Origin: a virus | Direction: 5' to 3' (one strand) | DNA: 64,000 nucleotides | IMG/VR virus record: IMGVR_UViG_3300020190_000010 | Coordinates: 32,001-96,000 of that record | Part shown: in pieces, positions 30,740-41,088 of the stretch | Layout of the letters: each line of letters starts with the position of its first letter | How positions within the stretch are numbered: the first letter of the stretch is position 1 | The notes under the pieces: model-generated | Told to the model about the DNA's origin: nothing | The model's input: only the letters and a program-made list of their open reading frames with translations | The model's database searches: none | Program-made: the position numbers and the translations under genes

Positions 30740-31315
30740 ATGGCACAATACGGTATACAAAATATATCAACATTAGATATTATCAATATAATAGAAACCG
30801 ATGATACCGGAAGTATTATACTTGAATCTGGATATCAATTGTATTCGGGATCACTATCAATGTGGTCAGAATCGTATGAAAACTATACAGAAACATATCC
30901 ATCATATACTGGATCATTTACGGGTTCATTTAATGATTACTCTGGATCTCTTGGGTGGTTAGACAATTTTGCATCTTCATCTAGAACCGGTTCATATACT
31001 GGATCATTTACGGGTTCATTAAATGGCACTGCTTCATATGCAGGAACATCATCGTATGTATCAAGTATAAAATCAGGAGTAATTTCAAGTGGTGAATGGA
31101 TAATTGACATGACAGGTTTTAATTATACCGCTTCTGTTGCATTTTCATCAAGTTACTCGACCATTGGATATTCTATTACATTAACACCTGAAACTGATGT
31201 TCGTTCATTTTCTATAACAAATAAGAGGATAGACGGGTTTAACATTGATAGTAATTCTGCAACACCAATGACCGATGATGTATATTGGATAGTGGTTCCA
31301 TATAATAATCCATAA
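30740..31315 (+). CDS. Tail fibre-associated protein with YTGSFTGS repeats
   Basis: 29-bp direct repeat (30902-30930 and 30992-31020) encoding SYTGSFTGS; beta-rich C-terminus. Confidence 0.6.
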   Translation: MAQYGIQNISTLDIINIIETDDTGSIILESGYQLYSGSLSMWSESYENYTETYPSYTGSFTGSFNDYSGSLGWLDNFASSSRTGSYTGSFTGSLNGTASYAGTSSYVSSIKSGVISSGEWIIDMTGFNYTASVAFSSSYSTIGYSITLTPETDVRSFSITNKRIDGFNIDSNSATPMTDDVYWIVVPYNNP

Positions 31316-31341
31316 AAAATTCATGTATTAGCAGTTTTTTT

Positions 31342-31349
31342 ATATTTAT
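31342..31349 (+). promoter_or_regulatory. Candidate late promoter ATATTTAT
   Basis: Exact motif in the intergenic gap. Confidence 0.65.
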
Positions 31350-31375
31350 ATGAGAAAACTAATGAGAGAGAATAA

Positions 31376-32920
31376 TTGCCAAGTTCACAAAGAGACCTAA
31401 CCAATCTATTTGTTTCCGAGTCTTATTATAGATTACTTCAAACGGATCCTGTTGATGACTCAACACTTCTTGATGGAACTGGATCTCTTGTTACTTTATT
31501 AGCTGTATCTGGAACTGTTGATGCTTACTATTTTAAGGGTGACGGTTCACAATTAACCAATATCGGTGCGGCATCATTACCTAATGGTGTAGTATCTTCA
31601 TCCGTTCAAACCATTTCACATCTTGTTGGAACAAATGTAATATCAAGTTCTGCTCAAAGAGGAGTGCTTGGTCTTGCTACAACGGATTCACCAATATTTA
31701 ATAACCTTACCCTAACTGGTGATTTAACTGCTAGACAGTTAATTATTTCATCATCGGTAATAAATGTAACCCAATCATTCAGTAGTGGTTCAACTATATT
31801 TGGTAACGATATACTAGACACCCATCAGTTTACAGGTTCTGTACTTGTATCTGGATCATTATATGGAACATTTGTTGGTGATGGTAGTGGTTTGACAAAT
31901 CTTGTTGCTGCTGGCACAATATCATCTTCACAACAAATACAAAACTTTGGATTTATTACTTCAAGTGTTTGGGATGAAATTGTAAATAAACCAAGTGGAA
32001 TTGTATCAAGTTCTGTTCAAGTATTAGGTGGAACGGGAATAGTATCATCTTCTACACAAAGAAGTTCTATTGGATTAGGAACAAGTGATAATGTTGTATT
32101 TGGAAATATATCTGGTAGTAATTTAACAATAGATGGTAATGCATTTATTGATGGAACTCTTACTGCTAGAACTTATGTGGTATCGTCATCGATAGTTGAT
32201 ATACAATCAATTAAGGCATCTGGTTCAACTCAATTTGGTGACACAATAGATGATACACACCAATTTACTGGTTCATTATTTTTAAGTGGCTCACTTACAT
32301 CACAAGGAACAATTACTGCTCCACTTTTTAGTGGTATATTTGGTGGTGGTGTAATTTCATCTTCACAGCAAATTCAAGATTTAGGATTTGTTACTGATGG
32401 TGAATTGAGTGGTAGTGTTTATTGGGATAATATACTCAATAAACCAAGTGGTATAGTATCATCTTCTACACAAACACTTTCACATTTATTTGGAACAAAC
32501 ATTGTTTCTGGATCAGGTCAAAGGAGTGTATTAGGTTTGGCAGAAAGTGATTCACCTAGATTTTCAACATTATATGCAACAAATGCAAATTTTGACGGAA
32601 ACCTTTTAGTAGGCGGAACAATAACGGCAAGAACTTATGTGGTATCATCATCGGTAGTTAATTATCAAACAATTTTGGTATCTGGATCATCAAAATTTGG
32701 TGATAGTTTAGACGATATACACCAGATAACAGGTTCATTGTCTGTTACTGGTAGTTCATTTTTTGATGTAAACACCTTTATATTAACTGGTTCAGCTTAT
32801 GTAACTGGTAGTCTTATCGTTGAAGGAAAATTTGTATTACCATCTATAAATGAACTTCCTATAATAGATTCAACAGGAAGTTTAGTTATTTCAGGAAGTA
32901 ATCTATATTTATTCATATAA
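31376..32920 (+). CDS. Tail fibre-like protein with three SGSxxFGxxxxDxHQxTGS repeats
   Basis: Three internal modules TAR...SSS...SGS.FG...D.HQ.TGS; TTG start. Confidence 0.7.
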   Translation: MPSSQRDLTNLFVSESYYRLLQTDPVDDSTLLDGTGSLVTLLAVSGTVDAYYFKGDGSQLTNIGAASLPNGVVSSSVQTISHLVGTNVISSSAQRGVLGLATTDSPIFNNLTLTGDLTARQLIISSSVINVTQSFSSGSTIFGNDILDTHQFTGSVLVSGSLYGTFVGDGSGLTNLVAAGTISSSQQIQNFGFITSSVWDEIVNKPSGIVSSSVQVLGGTGIVSSSTQRSSIGLGTSDNVVFGNISGSNLTIDGNAFIDGTLTARTYVVSSSIVDIQSIKASGSTQFGDTIDDTHQFTGSLFLSGSLTSQGTITAPLFSGIFGGGVISSSQQIQDLGFVTDGELSGSVYWDNILNKPSGIVSSSTQTLSHLFGTNIVSGSGQRSVLGLAESDSPRFSTLYATNANFDGNLLVGGTITARTYVVSSSVVNYQTILVSGSSKFGDSLDDIHQITGSLSVTGSSFFDVNTFILTGSAYVTGSLIVEGKFVLPSINELPIIDSTGSLVISGSNLYLFI

Positions 32921-32943
32921 ACAACTTAATTTTGGAGAATTAA

Positions 32944-34260
32944 ATGGCAGCGTGGAAAAAAATCATAGTATCGGGTAGTGTGGCCGAATTAGCATCGGTT
33001 AGTGCTTCGGTTGGTGTGTTAGTCGGTACTAATCAACAAATTCAAACTACATCGGCATCTACAAGACTCTCTGGTTCTTTTTCCGGATCTTTTACAGGCG
33101 ATGGTAGTGGATTATCAGGTGTAACAGCAACACCATCATTCCCAACAACTGCAAAAACAACACTTGCAGGTTCAGACAAATTTTTTGTAAATGATGATGC
33201 CGGTGATGCAACAAGTGGTAATAAGAAAATTACATTATCAAATTTATTAACTGATATTGCTGGTAATGGTTTATCCGCAGTTGGTGGTGAAACACTAAAT
33301 GTTAATTCTGGTTCAATGCAAACTTTCTTTAATTCATCATCATATGCAGGTGTTAGCGGCGATATTCTTATAGATGCATCAACCGGTGTTGCAACAATAC
33401 AAGCCAATTCGGTTGCTCTTGGAACAGATACAACAGGTAATTATGTTGCTACTGTATCTGCTTCTGGTGCTCTTCTGTCATCTGCAACAAGTGGTGAAGG
33501 AAGCACCCCAAACATTACATTAGATACAAACTCAGCAACATTTACAAGTGGTGTTGTATCTGCTCTTCCAAGTGGAACAGTTAGTGGTTCTTCATTCAGT
33601 TCACCGTCACAAGGCACAGTCCGTGCAACAATTAACGGTGTAAATACAGATGTTGATACCGGTCTACAAACAGGAGACAGTCCAACATTTGTTGATGTAA
33701 CTTTAACAGGCGATATTACTGTTGGTGGCAATGATATTAAGATGAATGGTGGCACAACTGCCCTCACATTTAGTGGAACCGGTGATGTAGAAGTTGCTGG
33801 TGATTTGAAAGTTAGTGGTAACGATATTAAGGCAAGTAATGGAACAACTGCAATTACTCTTAATGGCGCTAATGCAACTGTTTCTGGAAGTCTTACTGTA
33901 TCTGGTGATTTAACTGTTAGTGGAACAACAACAACACTGGATACAACAAATCTTTTAGTTGAAGACAAATTTGCTCTTTTTGCATCTGGATCAAATGCAT
34001 CAACCGATGGTGGTATAATTGTTCAACAAGGTTCAACAACCGGCTATGCTTTGGGAGTTGATGCCGATGCAGACCGATGGGCACTTCAAAATAATTTATC
34101 ACCAACTGCAGTTACTATTGCACCTGATGCATTTATGGGTGTAATACAACAATGGACAACTGGTAATGCACCTGCAGCTCCACAATACGGCGGTGCAACT
34201 GCATACGGAACAATCGGTGTTGACATTGACGCCAAAGAGGCGTACATTTGGATAGGATAA
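32944..34260 (+). CDS. Tail fibre-like protein
   Basis: S/T/G-rich; TVSGSLTVSGDLTVSGTTTT beta-repeat; GGAG SD at 32934. Confidence 0.7.
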   Translation: MAAWKKIIVSGSVAELASVSASVGVLVGTNQQIQTTSASTRLSGSFSGSFTGDGSGLSGVTATPSFPTTAKTTLAGSDKFFVNDDAGDATSGNKKITLSNLLTDIAGNGLSAVGGETLNVNSGSMQTFFNSSSYAGVSGDILIDASTGVATIQANSVALGTDTTGNYVATVSASGALLSSATSGEGSTPNITLDTNSATFTSGVVSALPSGTVSGSSFSSPSQGTVRATINGVNTDVDTGLQTGDSPTFVDVTLTGDITVGGNDIKMNGGTTALTFSGTGDVEVAGDLKVSGNDIKASNGTTAITLNGANATVSGSLTVSGDLTVSGTTTTLDTTNLLVEDKFALFASGSNASTDGGIIVQQGSTTGYALGVDADADRWALQNNLSPTAVTIAPDAFMGVIQQWTTGNAPAAPQYGGATAYGTIGVDIDAKEAYIWIG

Positions 34261-34266
34261 TTTTGC

Positions 34267-34297
34267 TTTGATATATTATTAAAAATTGTTATATTTG
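34267..34297 (+). promoter_or_regulatory. Bacteroidota-type promoter (-33 TTTG, -7 TATATTTG)
   Basis: TTTG at 34267-34270, 19-nt spacer, TATATTTG at 34290-34297; heads glycosyltransferase cluster 1. Confidence 0.75.
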
Positions 34298-34323
34298 TTA
34301 TGAAAAAAATTATAGGCTATATT

Positions 34324-34503
34324 ATGGGTTTAGTAAATAAAGAAAATTCATTAAAAGAAAGACAAAACGTTTCAGTTCCTCCTTTTACCAAGGAGGAACT
34401 GGAATTTTTATTAAAGTTAGTTTCTGAATGTACTTTTCAAGGAAAAGAAGTACAAGTTGTATATGACCTTGTATACAAACTTCAACAGTTATATGTAAAA
34501 TAA
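34324..34503 (+). CDS. Small hypothetical protein
   Basis: 59 aa; ATG at 34324 preferred because ATG 34300 lies only 2 nt from the -7 element. Confidence 0.6.
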   Translation: MGLVNKENSLKERQNVSVPPFTKEELEFLLKLVSECTFQGKEVQVVYDLVYKLQQLYVK

Positions 34504-34517
34504 TAAAAAGGTTTTTT

Positions 34518-36137
34518 GTGAAAAAAGTTTTGTTTGTGGTGCCACATCTTTCCACAGGTGGTCTACCGCAATATACCTTTAAATTTATAGAAAGTATAAA
34601 AAATAAATACGATGTATATTGTCTTGAATACCAAGATATTACAGGCGGAATTTTAACCGTTCAACGAAATAAGATTGTAAATTTATTAGGAAATAATTTT
34701 TACAGTCTATCCCATCACAACAAAAATATACACGAAGTTATTTTGGAGATAACTCCCGATGTTATTCATTTTCAAGAAATTCCACAATCTTTCATTGTAA
34801 ACGAAGATTTGAACAAAATTTATTCGGATAATAGAAAATATAAAATAGTGGTAACAACCCATGGATCAAATACAAATCCAAAGGAAATAATTTATTCAGC
34901 AGATAAGTTCATACTTGTTTCAAATTGGAGCAAAGATATTTTTATTGAAGAATTTGGAAAAGAACTTTGTGATATTTGGGAATATCCAATAGATAAAAAT
35001 GAATATAATAAAGATGATGCTAAAAAAGAATTAGGATTTGATAGTAATTTTAAGCATATACTCAATGTTGGTTTATTTACTCCGGGAAAAAATCAAGGTG
35101 AACTAATTGAACTTGCAAGAAAACTTCAAGATAAACCAATTAAATTTCATTTTGTTGGAAATCAAGCCGGTAATTTTGAGAATTATTGGAAACCGATAAT
35201 GGATAAATTTCCATCAAATTGTATATGGCATGGTGAAAGAGAAAATGTTGATAAATTTTACAAAGCCGCTGATGTTTTTTATTTTACATCAAACCTTGAA
35301 TTAAATCCTTTGGTTGTAAAGGAAGCATTGTCATACGGATTACCAACTTTCATAAAAAAATTAGAAACATACGGTAATGAATACGATGATAGAGTTAATT
35401 ACATAACAAAAGATATAAATGATAATGTTAAAAAATTATTGCATGTATTAAACATGAATAACAAATTAAAAGAAAAAGTGCATAAAAAAAATATAGTTGC
35501 TATGCACATGATTACTGATATTGATACTGAAAGAGAAGTTGATTCTATGATTTCTTTATCAAAGTTAGAAAACTATGGAATAGAGTATATTCCATGTGTA
35601 AACAGGAGATATACCGAATTACCACCAAAAGAAACGTGTGAATATCCAGATAAAATTAGTTTTGAACCTGGTGGAAAATTGACACCTGGACATTATGGAT
35701 GCTACCTTGCACACAAGAATGCAGTATTAGATGGAATAAATAAAAATGAAGATTATATTCTTGTATTTGAATGTGATGCAATTATTGATGTGAGTTACGA
35801 TGAATTTATTGAAAAATTAAATTTTGCGTGCAAAACGCTAAATGATACAGATTTGTTAATGTTCTCATTTGGTTTTCATAATAATACAAATATAATTGAT
35901 AAGAAAAAAGATTATTGGGTTGTTAATAAATTTTATGGAGCACATGCATATTTGATACCAAAAAAATCATACAATGTATTCAAAAATCTTTTTGAAAATG
36001 AAAAATGGAATGTTACCGATTTATTATATGCTGAAAAATTAGATAATTACAAAATCGGTATTTTTGAAAAACCAATAACAAAACAAGCATCAGGAATTTC
36101 CATATTAGATAAGGTTTACCATGAAGAAAGATACTAA
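34518..36137 (+). CDS. Two-domain glycosyltransferase (GT4-like plus GT25-like)
   Basis: VLFVVPHLSTGG, VGLFTPGKNQ and YKAADVFYFTSNLELNPLVVKEALSYGLP (GT4); GHYGCYLAH, ILVFECDA and GAHAYLI (GT25). Confidence 0.85.
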   Translation: MKKVLFVVPHLSTGGLPQYTFKFIESIKNKYDVYCLEYQDITGGILTVQRNKIVNLLGNNFYSLSHHNKNIHEVILEITPDVIHFQEIPQSFIVNEDLNKIYSDNRKYKIVVTTHGSNTNPKEIIYSADKFILVSNWSKDIFIEEFGKELCDIWEYPIDKNEYNKDDAKKELGFDSNFKHILNVGLFTPGKNQGELIELARKLQDKPIKFHFVGNQAGNFENYWKPIMDKFPSNCIWHGERENVDKFYKAADVFYFTSNLELNPLVVKEALSYGLPTFIKKLETYGNEYDDRVNYITKDINDNVKKLLHVLNMNNKLKEKVHKKNIVAMHMITDIDTEREVDSMISLSKLENYGIEYIPCVNRRYTELPPKETCEYPDKISFEPGGKLTPGHYGCYLAHKNAVLDGINKNEDYILVFECDAIIDVSYDEFIEKLNFACKTLNDTDLLMFSFGFHNNTNIIDKKKDYWVVNKFYGAHAYLIPKKSYNVFKNLFENEKWNVTDLLYAEKLDNYKIGIFEKPITKQASGISILDKVYHEERY

Positions 36138-37698
36138 AATTGGATTTATATTAACATACTTTCATAATTCAAGAGAAGGTTATGAATTATTGAAAAAAAA
36201 TGTAGAAATTATTAGCAGAGAAAATTATTACTTTGTAATAGCAAGTCATTCTCCTTTACCGGTTGAAATGCAAGAAATGTGTGATTTTTATTTTTATCAA
36301 CAAAAAAATGTAGTTGATGATAAAAGGTATTCACATGGAGTTGCAGAAAATAACTTAATACAAATTTCACTAAATCATTTGAAATCTAATGGAATAGAAT
36401 GGGCGTATAAGATATGTTATGACATAGAATTGAATGATGTTAGTAGGTTCAAGGATTGGATTAAAGAATACAAATATAAGTTTGTTTCATGTAATTGGGG
36501 AAATAACATATTATGTACAAATTCTTTCTTCACAAATGTTAATTTTGTTTTGAAAAACATAGACTTTTATGATTCAATAGATTCTATGTTTAGTGTAAAT
36601 AATGTTCTTGAAAATTGTTGGGAAAAAAATGTAATAGATAAAAATTTGTTACATGAAATATATTCTTTCAAAGACAAAGAAACTTTTTATGGTGATAACA
36701 AAATAGATATTCTTTTCTACAATTATTCTGATATATCGTTTACCTATTCTAAAGAAGAAAACAGATTTTACATATCAAACAATACGAAACATGAAACTAT
36801 AAACAAATTTCGTATATTTGACTATTACAGCGATACCGTAATTGATGTTCAAACCAATACGAATATAACTCCTGGATCTACATGGTGGTTTGTACCACCA
36901 CATTCTGGATATGTTCCAAATGCTAAAAACGGATATTATGTTGAAATTTATTTTCCAGATAGAGTGGTAAGAAAGAACACCGGAATAATAGATTTTGATT
37001 ACAAACACCCGTTACACAAAAAATTCTTAAAACATAAATTTGAAGACATAAAATACAACGAATTTTCAGATTTTTCCGAATATAATCTGTATGATGAATT
37101 TAACATTGAACCAAACGAAATAAAAACATATGTTGATATTGGTGCAAACTATGGTATGTCTAGTATACCATTTATTGCATCAAATTCAAAAGTTTACATG
37201 GTAGATGCGGATTCTACCAACATAAGAATACTTGAAAATTCATACGGAAAAGATAACAGGATAAAGATAATAAATAAGGCAATTCATTCTTATGATGGTA
37301 TTACATCTTTTTATGAAGATATTAACGGATCATGTATTTCAAGTATTTCTAATTCAAATGTATTTGGTTCATCGGATAATAGAATAGAAAAAAAAGTAGA
37401 ATGTATATCACCAAACAATTTGATTGAAAAGTATGTGGATGAATATGAAATAGATCTACTAAAAATAGATATAGAGGGTGCAGAGTATGAATTTTTCAAT
37501 AGTATAACAGATGACAATATCAAAAGGATAAAAAAGTTTGTAATAGAGTTTCATATGAATGAAAATTATCGTGTTATGAATATAATAAAAAAACTTGCAA
37601 AAAATGATTTTAGATTTAGACTTGCAAAATGGGAACGGAATAATGATGATGATTATATTGTATCACATACTTGGGGTATAATTTATGCTTGGAAGTAA
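36121..37698 (+). CDS. FkbM-family methyltransferase with unknown N-terminal domain
   Basis: VDIGANYG, IINKAI, IDLLKIDIEGAEY and IEFH motifs. Confidence 0.85.
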   Translation: MKKDTKIGFILTYFHNSREGYELLKKNVEIISRENYYFVIASHSPLPVEMQEMCDFYFYQQKNVVDDKRYSHGVAENNLIQISLNHLKSNGIEWAYKICYDIELNDVSRFKDWIKEYKYKFVSCNWGNNILCTNSFFTNVNFVLKNIDFYDSIDSMFSVNNVLENCWEKNVIDKNLLHEIYSFKDKETFYGDNKIDILFYNYSDISFTYSKEENRFYISNNTKHETINKFRIFDYYSDTVIDVQTNTNITPGSTWWFVPPHSGYVPNAKNGYYVEIYFPDRVVRKNTGIIDFDYKHPLHKKFLKHKFEDIKYNEFSDFSEYNLYDEFNIEPNEIKTYVDIGANYGMSSIPFIASNSKVYMVDADSTNIRILENSYGKDNRIKIINKAIHSYDGITSFYEDINGSCISSISNSNVFGSSDNRIEKKVECISPNNLIEKYVDEYEIDLLKIDIEGAEYEFFNSITDDNIKRIKKFVIEFHMNENYRVMNIIKKLAKNDFRFRLAKWERNNDDDYIVSHTWGIIYAWK

Positions 37699-38797
37699 AA
37701 TAAAATGTAAATTTGAAAATGGTTTATTAACTGTAAAAAATATATCAAACATAACATTAAACGATTGTTTGATAAATTTGAAAAATGTTTTTAACCACAA
37801 TGTTGTTTTTCAAATGACAACACTTCAACCAAATGTTGAACAAATTTTTACGGTATCTAATAATAATTTTAATTTGTATTGGATGGATGATGTTGTATAT
37901 TTGAACATCTATCAGAATCACAAATTGATATATCAGAAAAATATAAATGATAAATCAAAGTGCTATGTAATTTACTCAAATGAAAACTTTGAATCATTAG
38001 CCGAGCAATTGATACTTGGATTGGACTCATATTCAACATCGGATGTTATACATTATTCGATAAATTATGAATGTAAATTGGATTATCCAAACTTAAAAAA
38101 TATAAGTTATTATGTCGATGGTGATATAAAAGACGGTCAATATATGCAATTTATGAAACCAAAATTGTTTTTAGATTTGTTAAGCAGGGGATATAAAAAT
38201 GTTGTATTTCTTGATGCAGATATACAAGTTAGACCCAATATAGATGATATGTTTAGGTTTCTTCCAGAATTAGATGCAGGTCCCTTGTTACAAAAACATG
38301 CATGGGATTATACATTGGTTGGTGATCAATATATTCCAGGTCCTTTGTTACAAGAATACATGAAATTACCTACACAAAAATTTCCACAGGGTGTTACAAA
38401 TGTTATGGCATTTAACACTAATCACAAAAGTTTATTTGAAGAATGGGAATCTGTTTGTTTTTCAAACGGTATAGATGAAATAAGAAAAAAAGAATTTTTA
38501 CATGATGAATTGATATTAAATTGTTTATTGTGGAAACTTGGAATACCACCGAAAGAACATAATCTTTTTGTAAACACAGTAAATTTGAATTGTGTACATT
38601 TCTTTTACACACATGATATGGATAACGCCGAAACTGTTAATATGAATGATTACGGTTATGGGTGGGGACATCAATCCTTTATCCCATACGATAAAAATTT
38701 AATAAAAGGATTTCACGGTATAAAAGATTCCATTATTGCTTCAAATGTTAATGAATATGTTTTCATAAATGATTGTGTTAGAGGTAATTATGTATGA
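37685..38797 (+). CDS. GT-A fold nucleotide-sugar transferase
   Basis: FMKP...VVFLDADI (DxD), HDELILN and FHG motifs; within the glycosylation cluster. Confidence 0.65.
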   Translation: MLGSKIKCKFENGLLTVKNISNITLNDCLINLKNVFNHNVVFQMTTLQPNVEQIFTVSNNNFNLYWMDDVVYLNIYQNHKLIYQKNINDKSKCYVIYSNENFESLAEQLILGLDSYSTSDVIHYSINYECKLDYPNLKNISYYVDGDIKDGQYMQFMKPKLFLDLLSRGYKNVVFLDADIQVRPNIDDMFRFLPELDAGPLLQKHAWDYTLVGDQYIPGPLLQEYMKLPTQKFPQGVTNVMAFNTNHKSLFEEWESVCFSNGIDEIRKKEFLHDELILNCLLWKLGIPPKEHNLFVNTVNLNCVHFFYTHDMDNAETVNMNDYGYGWGHQSFIPYDKNLIKGFHGIKDSIIASNVNEYVFINDCVRGNYV

Positions 38798-39929
38798 CGA
38801 TATTAAGTTTAACAAAAATATAATAAGAAATGAAATTCAAATTATACATCATTTTGTTGATGGTGGATATGTAGAAATAAAATCACCGATTGAAAAAAAT
38901 TTTAGAGTTGAATTTTGGAACAAAAATAATAACTGTGATTACTCTACGGTATTATCTTCAAATTCTTGGGCAAAAACAAGCAAAAAGTATTTTGAAGAGT
39001 ATACTTGTAAAGTTTATGATGAAGAAAATAAAATTATTTTTAATAAAAAATATGATGCAAAAAATAAAAGAGTATTTATATCGCTTGATTCAAAGGCGTT
39101 GGGTGATACTTTGGCATGGTTTCCATATGTAGAGGAGTTTAGAAAAAAATGGGACTGTGAAGTGATTTGCTCTACATTTTGGAATAAACTTTTTGAAAAA
39201 AATTACCCAAACATCCAATTTGTTCAACCTGGATTAGTTGTTCATAATTTATACGCCATGTATAGAATTGGATGGTATTATGATGGTGATAAAGCAAATT
39301 ATGATTTTACACCAATAGATTATAGACATCAAAATTTACAATATACTGCATGTGCACAACTTGGTTTAGATTTCAAACAAATTCGTGCAAAATTAGATAT
39401 ACCTTCTGTTGAAAAATCAAATAAAGTTGCAATAGGTATACATGGAACTGCTCAAACAAAGTATTGGAATAATCCAACTGGATGGCAAGAATTAACGGAC
39501 TATTTAACAGAAAATAATCATCAAACCATAATAGTTTCAAAAGAAAATGATGGTTATATGGGAAACTATCATCCAAATGGCGCAATAAAATTGCCAGAGG
39601 GATCTATAGAAAATCTGATAAAAGAATTATTATCCTGTAAATTTTTTGTTGGAATTGGATCTGGATTAAGTTGGTTAGCATGGACATTGGGCATTCCTAC
39701 AATTTTAATATCAGGTTTTAGTAAACCGTATTCTGAATTTAGTGGTGATAATGTTTATAGAATATTTAATTCAAATGTTTGTAATGGGTGTTTTAATACT
39801 CACAAATTAGATCCAGGAGATTGGAATTGGTGTCCTGAACACAAAGGAACTGAAAGACAATTTGAATGTACAAAAACAATAACATTTGATATGGTAAAAC
39901 CACATATAGAAAAGTTATTGAAATCATAA
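38790..39929 (+). CDS. TibC/AAH-like (autotransporter strand-loop-strand) protein O-heptosyltransferase homologue
   Basis: ALGDTLAWFPYVEEF, FFVGIGSGLSWLAW, ILISGFS and the iron-finger-like CNGC...WCPEHKGTERQFECTK; GAGGT SD before ATG 38790. Confidence 0.8.
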   Translation: MYDDIKFNKNIIRNEIQIIHHFVDGGYVEIKSPIEKNFRVEFWNKNNNCDYSTVLSSNSWAKTSKKYFEEYTCKVYDEENKIIFNKKYDAKNKRVFISLDSKALGDTLAWFPYVEEFRKKWDCEVICSTFWNKLFEKNYPNIQFVQPGLVVHNLYAMYRIGWYYDGDKANYDFTPIDYRHQNLQYTACAQLGLDFKQIRAKLDIPSVEKSNKVAIGIHGTAQTKYWNNPTGWQELTDYLTENNHQTIIVSKENDGYMGNYHPNGAIKLPEGSIENLIKELLSCKFFVGIGSGLSWLAWTLGIPTILISGFSKPYSEFSGDNVYRIFNSNVCNGCFNTHKLDPGDWNWCPEHKGTERQFECTKTITFDMVKPHIEKLLKS

Positions 39930-39935
39930 AATCAC

Positions 39936-39943
39936 ATATTTAT
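39936..39943 (+). promoter_or_regulatory. Candidate late promoter ATATTTAT
   Basis: Exact motif in the intergenic gap. Confidence 0.65.
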
Positions 39944-39975
39944 AGAAGTATTCATATAAATCGTGGAGTTACCGA

Positions 39976-41079
39976 TTGTCTAATTGGAAGAAAATAATAG
40001 TAAGTGGAAGTCAGGCACACCTATCATCAGTAACGGCATCAAATGGATCTATAATATCTGGTTCGCTTGGTGTAACAGGTTCCATAGATATAATTGGTAA
40101 TTTAATAATAAACGGAACAAGTTATATCGCAGCACCATCTGGAACAAGTGGAACATCAGGAACATCTGGTGCACCTGGTCCCATTGGTCCTCCTGGTGCT
40201 TCAGGTTCATCTGGTTCATCGGGAACACGTGGAACAAGCGGAACTTCTGGTGCTGCTGGTCATGCTGGTGCCACTGGTGCCACTGGTGCTTCAGGTTCAT
40301 CAGGAACTTCTGGTGCTACTGGTGCAACTGGTGCAACTGGTGCTTCAGGTTCATCAGGAACTTCTGGTGCTGCTGGTGCCACTGGTGCCACTGGTGCTTC
40401 AGGTTCATCAGGAACTTCTGGTGCTACTGGTGCAACTGGTGCAACTGGTGCTTCAGGTTCATCAGGAACTTCTGGTTCATCAGGAACATCTGGTGCCACT
40501 GGTGCTTCAGGTTCATCAGGAACTTCTGGTTCATCAGGAACATCTGGTGCTGCTGGTGCTTCAGGTTCATCAGGAACCTCAGGAACAGGATTCAATACGG
40601 TATCAAATCCTGCAGATAATAGAATACTTACATCCGATGGAACTACAAATGCAGCGGTAGCTGAAAGTAATCTAAATTTTGACGGAACGATATTTAACGT
40701 TACTGGTAGTGCATATATTTCTGCTACCGCTCGTTTAACCGATGTTGAAGAACGAGAAGTAACTGTTTTAATTGGTGGAACACCAACAAGTCTAACATTA
40801 GATTTAAGCACTGCAAATGTATTTGAAGTTAGTTGGAATAATAATGTAAATACATTTACAATTTCAAATCCACCACCAACAGATTATGCAGGAAGTTTTA
40901 CACTCGTTACAACTGGAACTGGAATACCTTATACTTGGCAATGGGGTTCTGCGGTAACTTGGTCTGGCGGTTCTGCTCCTGCGATAACAAGCACAAACGG
41001 TAAAAAAGATATTTACGGTTTTATTACTACAAATCAAGGAACTAATTGGTATGGTTTTATCGGTGCACAAAACGTGTAA
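39976..41079 (+). CDS. Collagen-like tail fibre protein
   Basis: N-terminal WKKIIVSGS; ~50 GAT/GAS/GTS triplets; C-terminal LDLS.ANVF...W.GG.AP...DIYGF...NWYG fibre-tip pattern. Confidence 0.75.
   Translation: MSNWKKIIVSGSQAHLSSVTASNGSIISGSLGVTGSIDIIGNLIINGTSYIAAPSGTSGTSGTSGAPGPIGPPGASGSSGSSGTRGTSGTSGAAGHAGATGATGASGSSGTSGATGATGATGASGSSGTSGAAGATGATGASGSSGTSGATGATGATGASGSSGTSGSSGTSGATGASGSSGTSGSSGTSGAAGASGSSGTSGTGFNTVSNPADNRILTSDGTTNAAVAESNLNFDGTIFNVTGSAYISATARLTDVEEREVTVLIGGTPTSLTLDLSTANVFEVSWNNNVNTFTISNPPPTDYAGSFTLVTTGTGIPYTWQWGSAVTWSGGSAPAITSTNGKKDIYGFITTNQGTNWYGFIGAQNV
40141..40590 (+). repeat. Gly-X-Y coding repeat ([12 protein letters not shown])
   Basis: ggtgccact / ggtgcttca / ggttcatca / ggaacttct units. 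Confidence 0.9.
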
Positions 41080-41088
41080 GGTTAAGTT

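Noticed and set aside
40049-40811. Overlapping ORFs in the second collagen-like gene
   Set aside because: Same repeat-shadow artefact.
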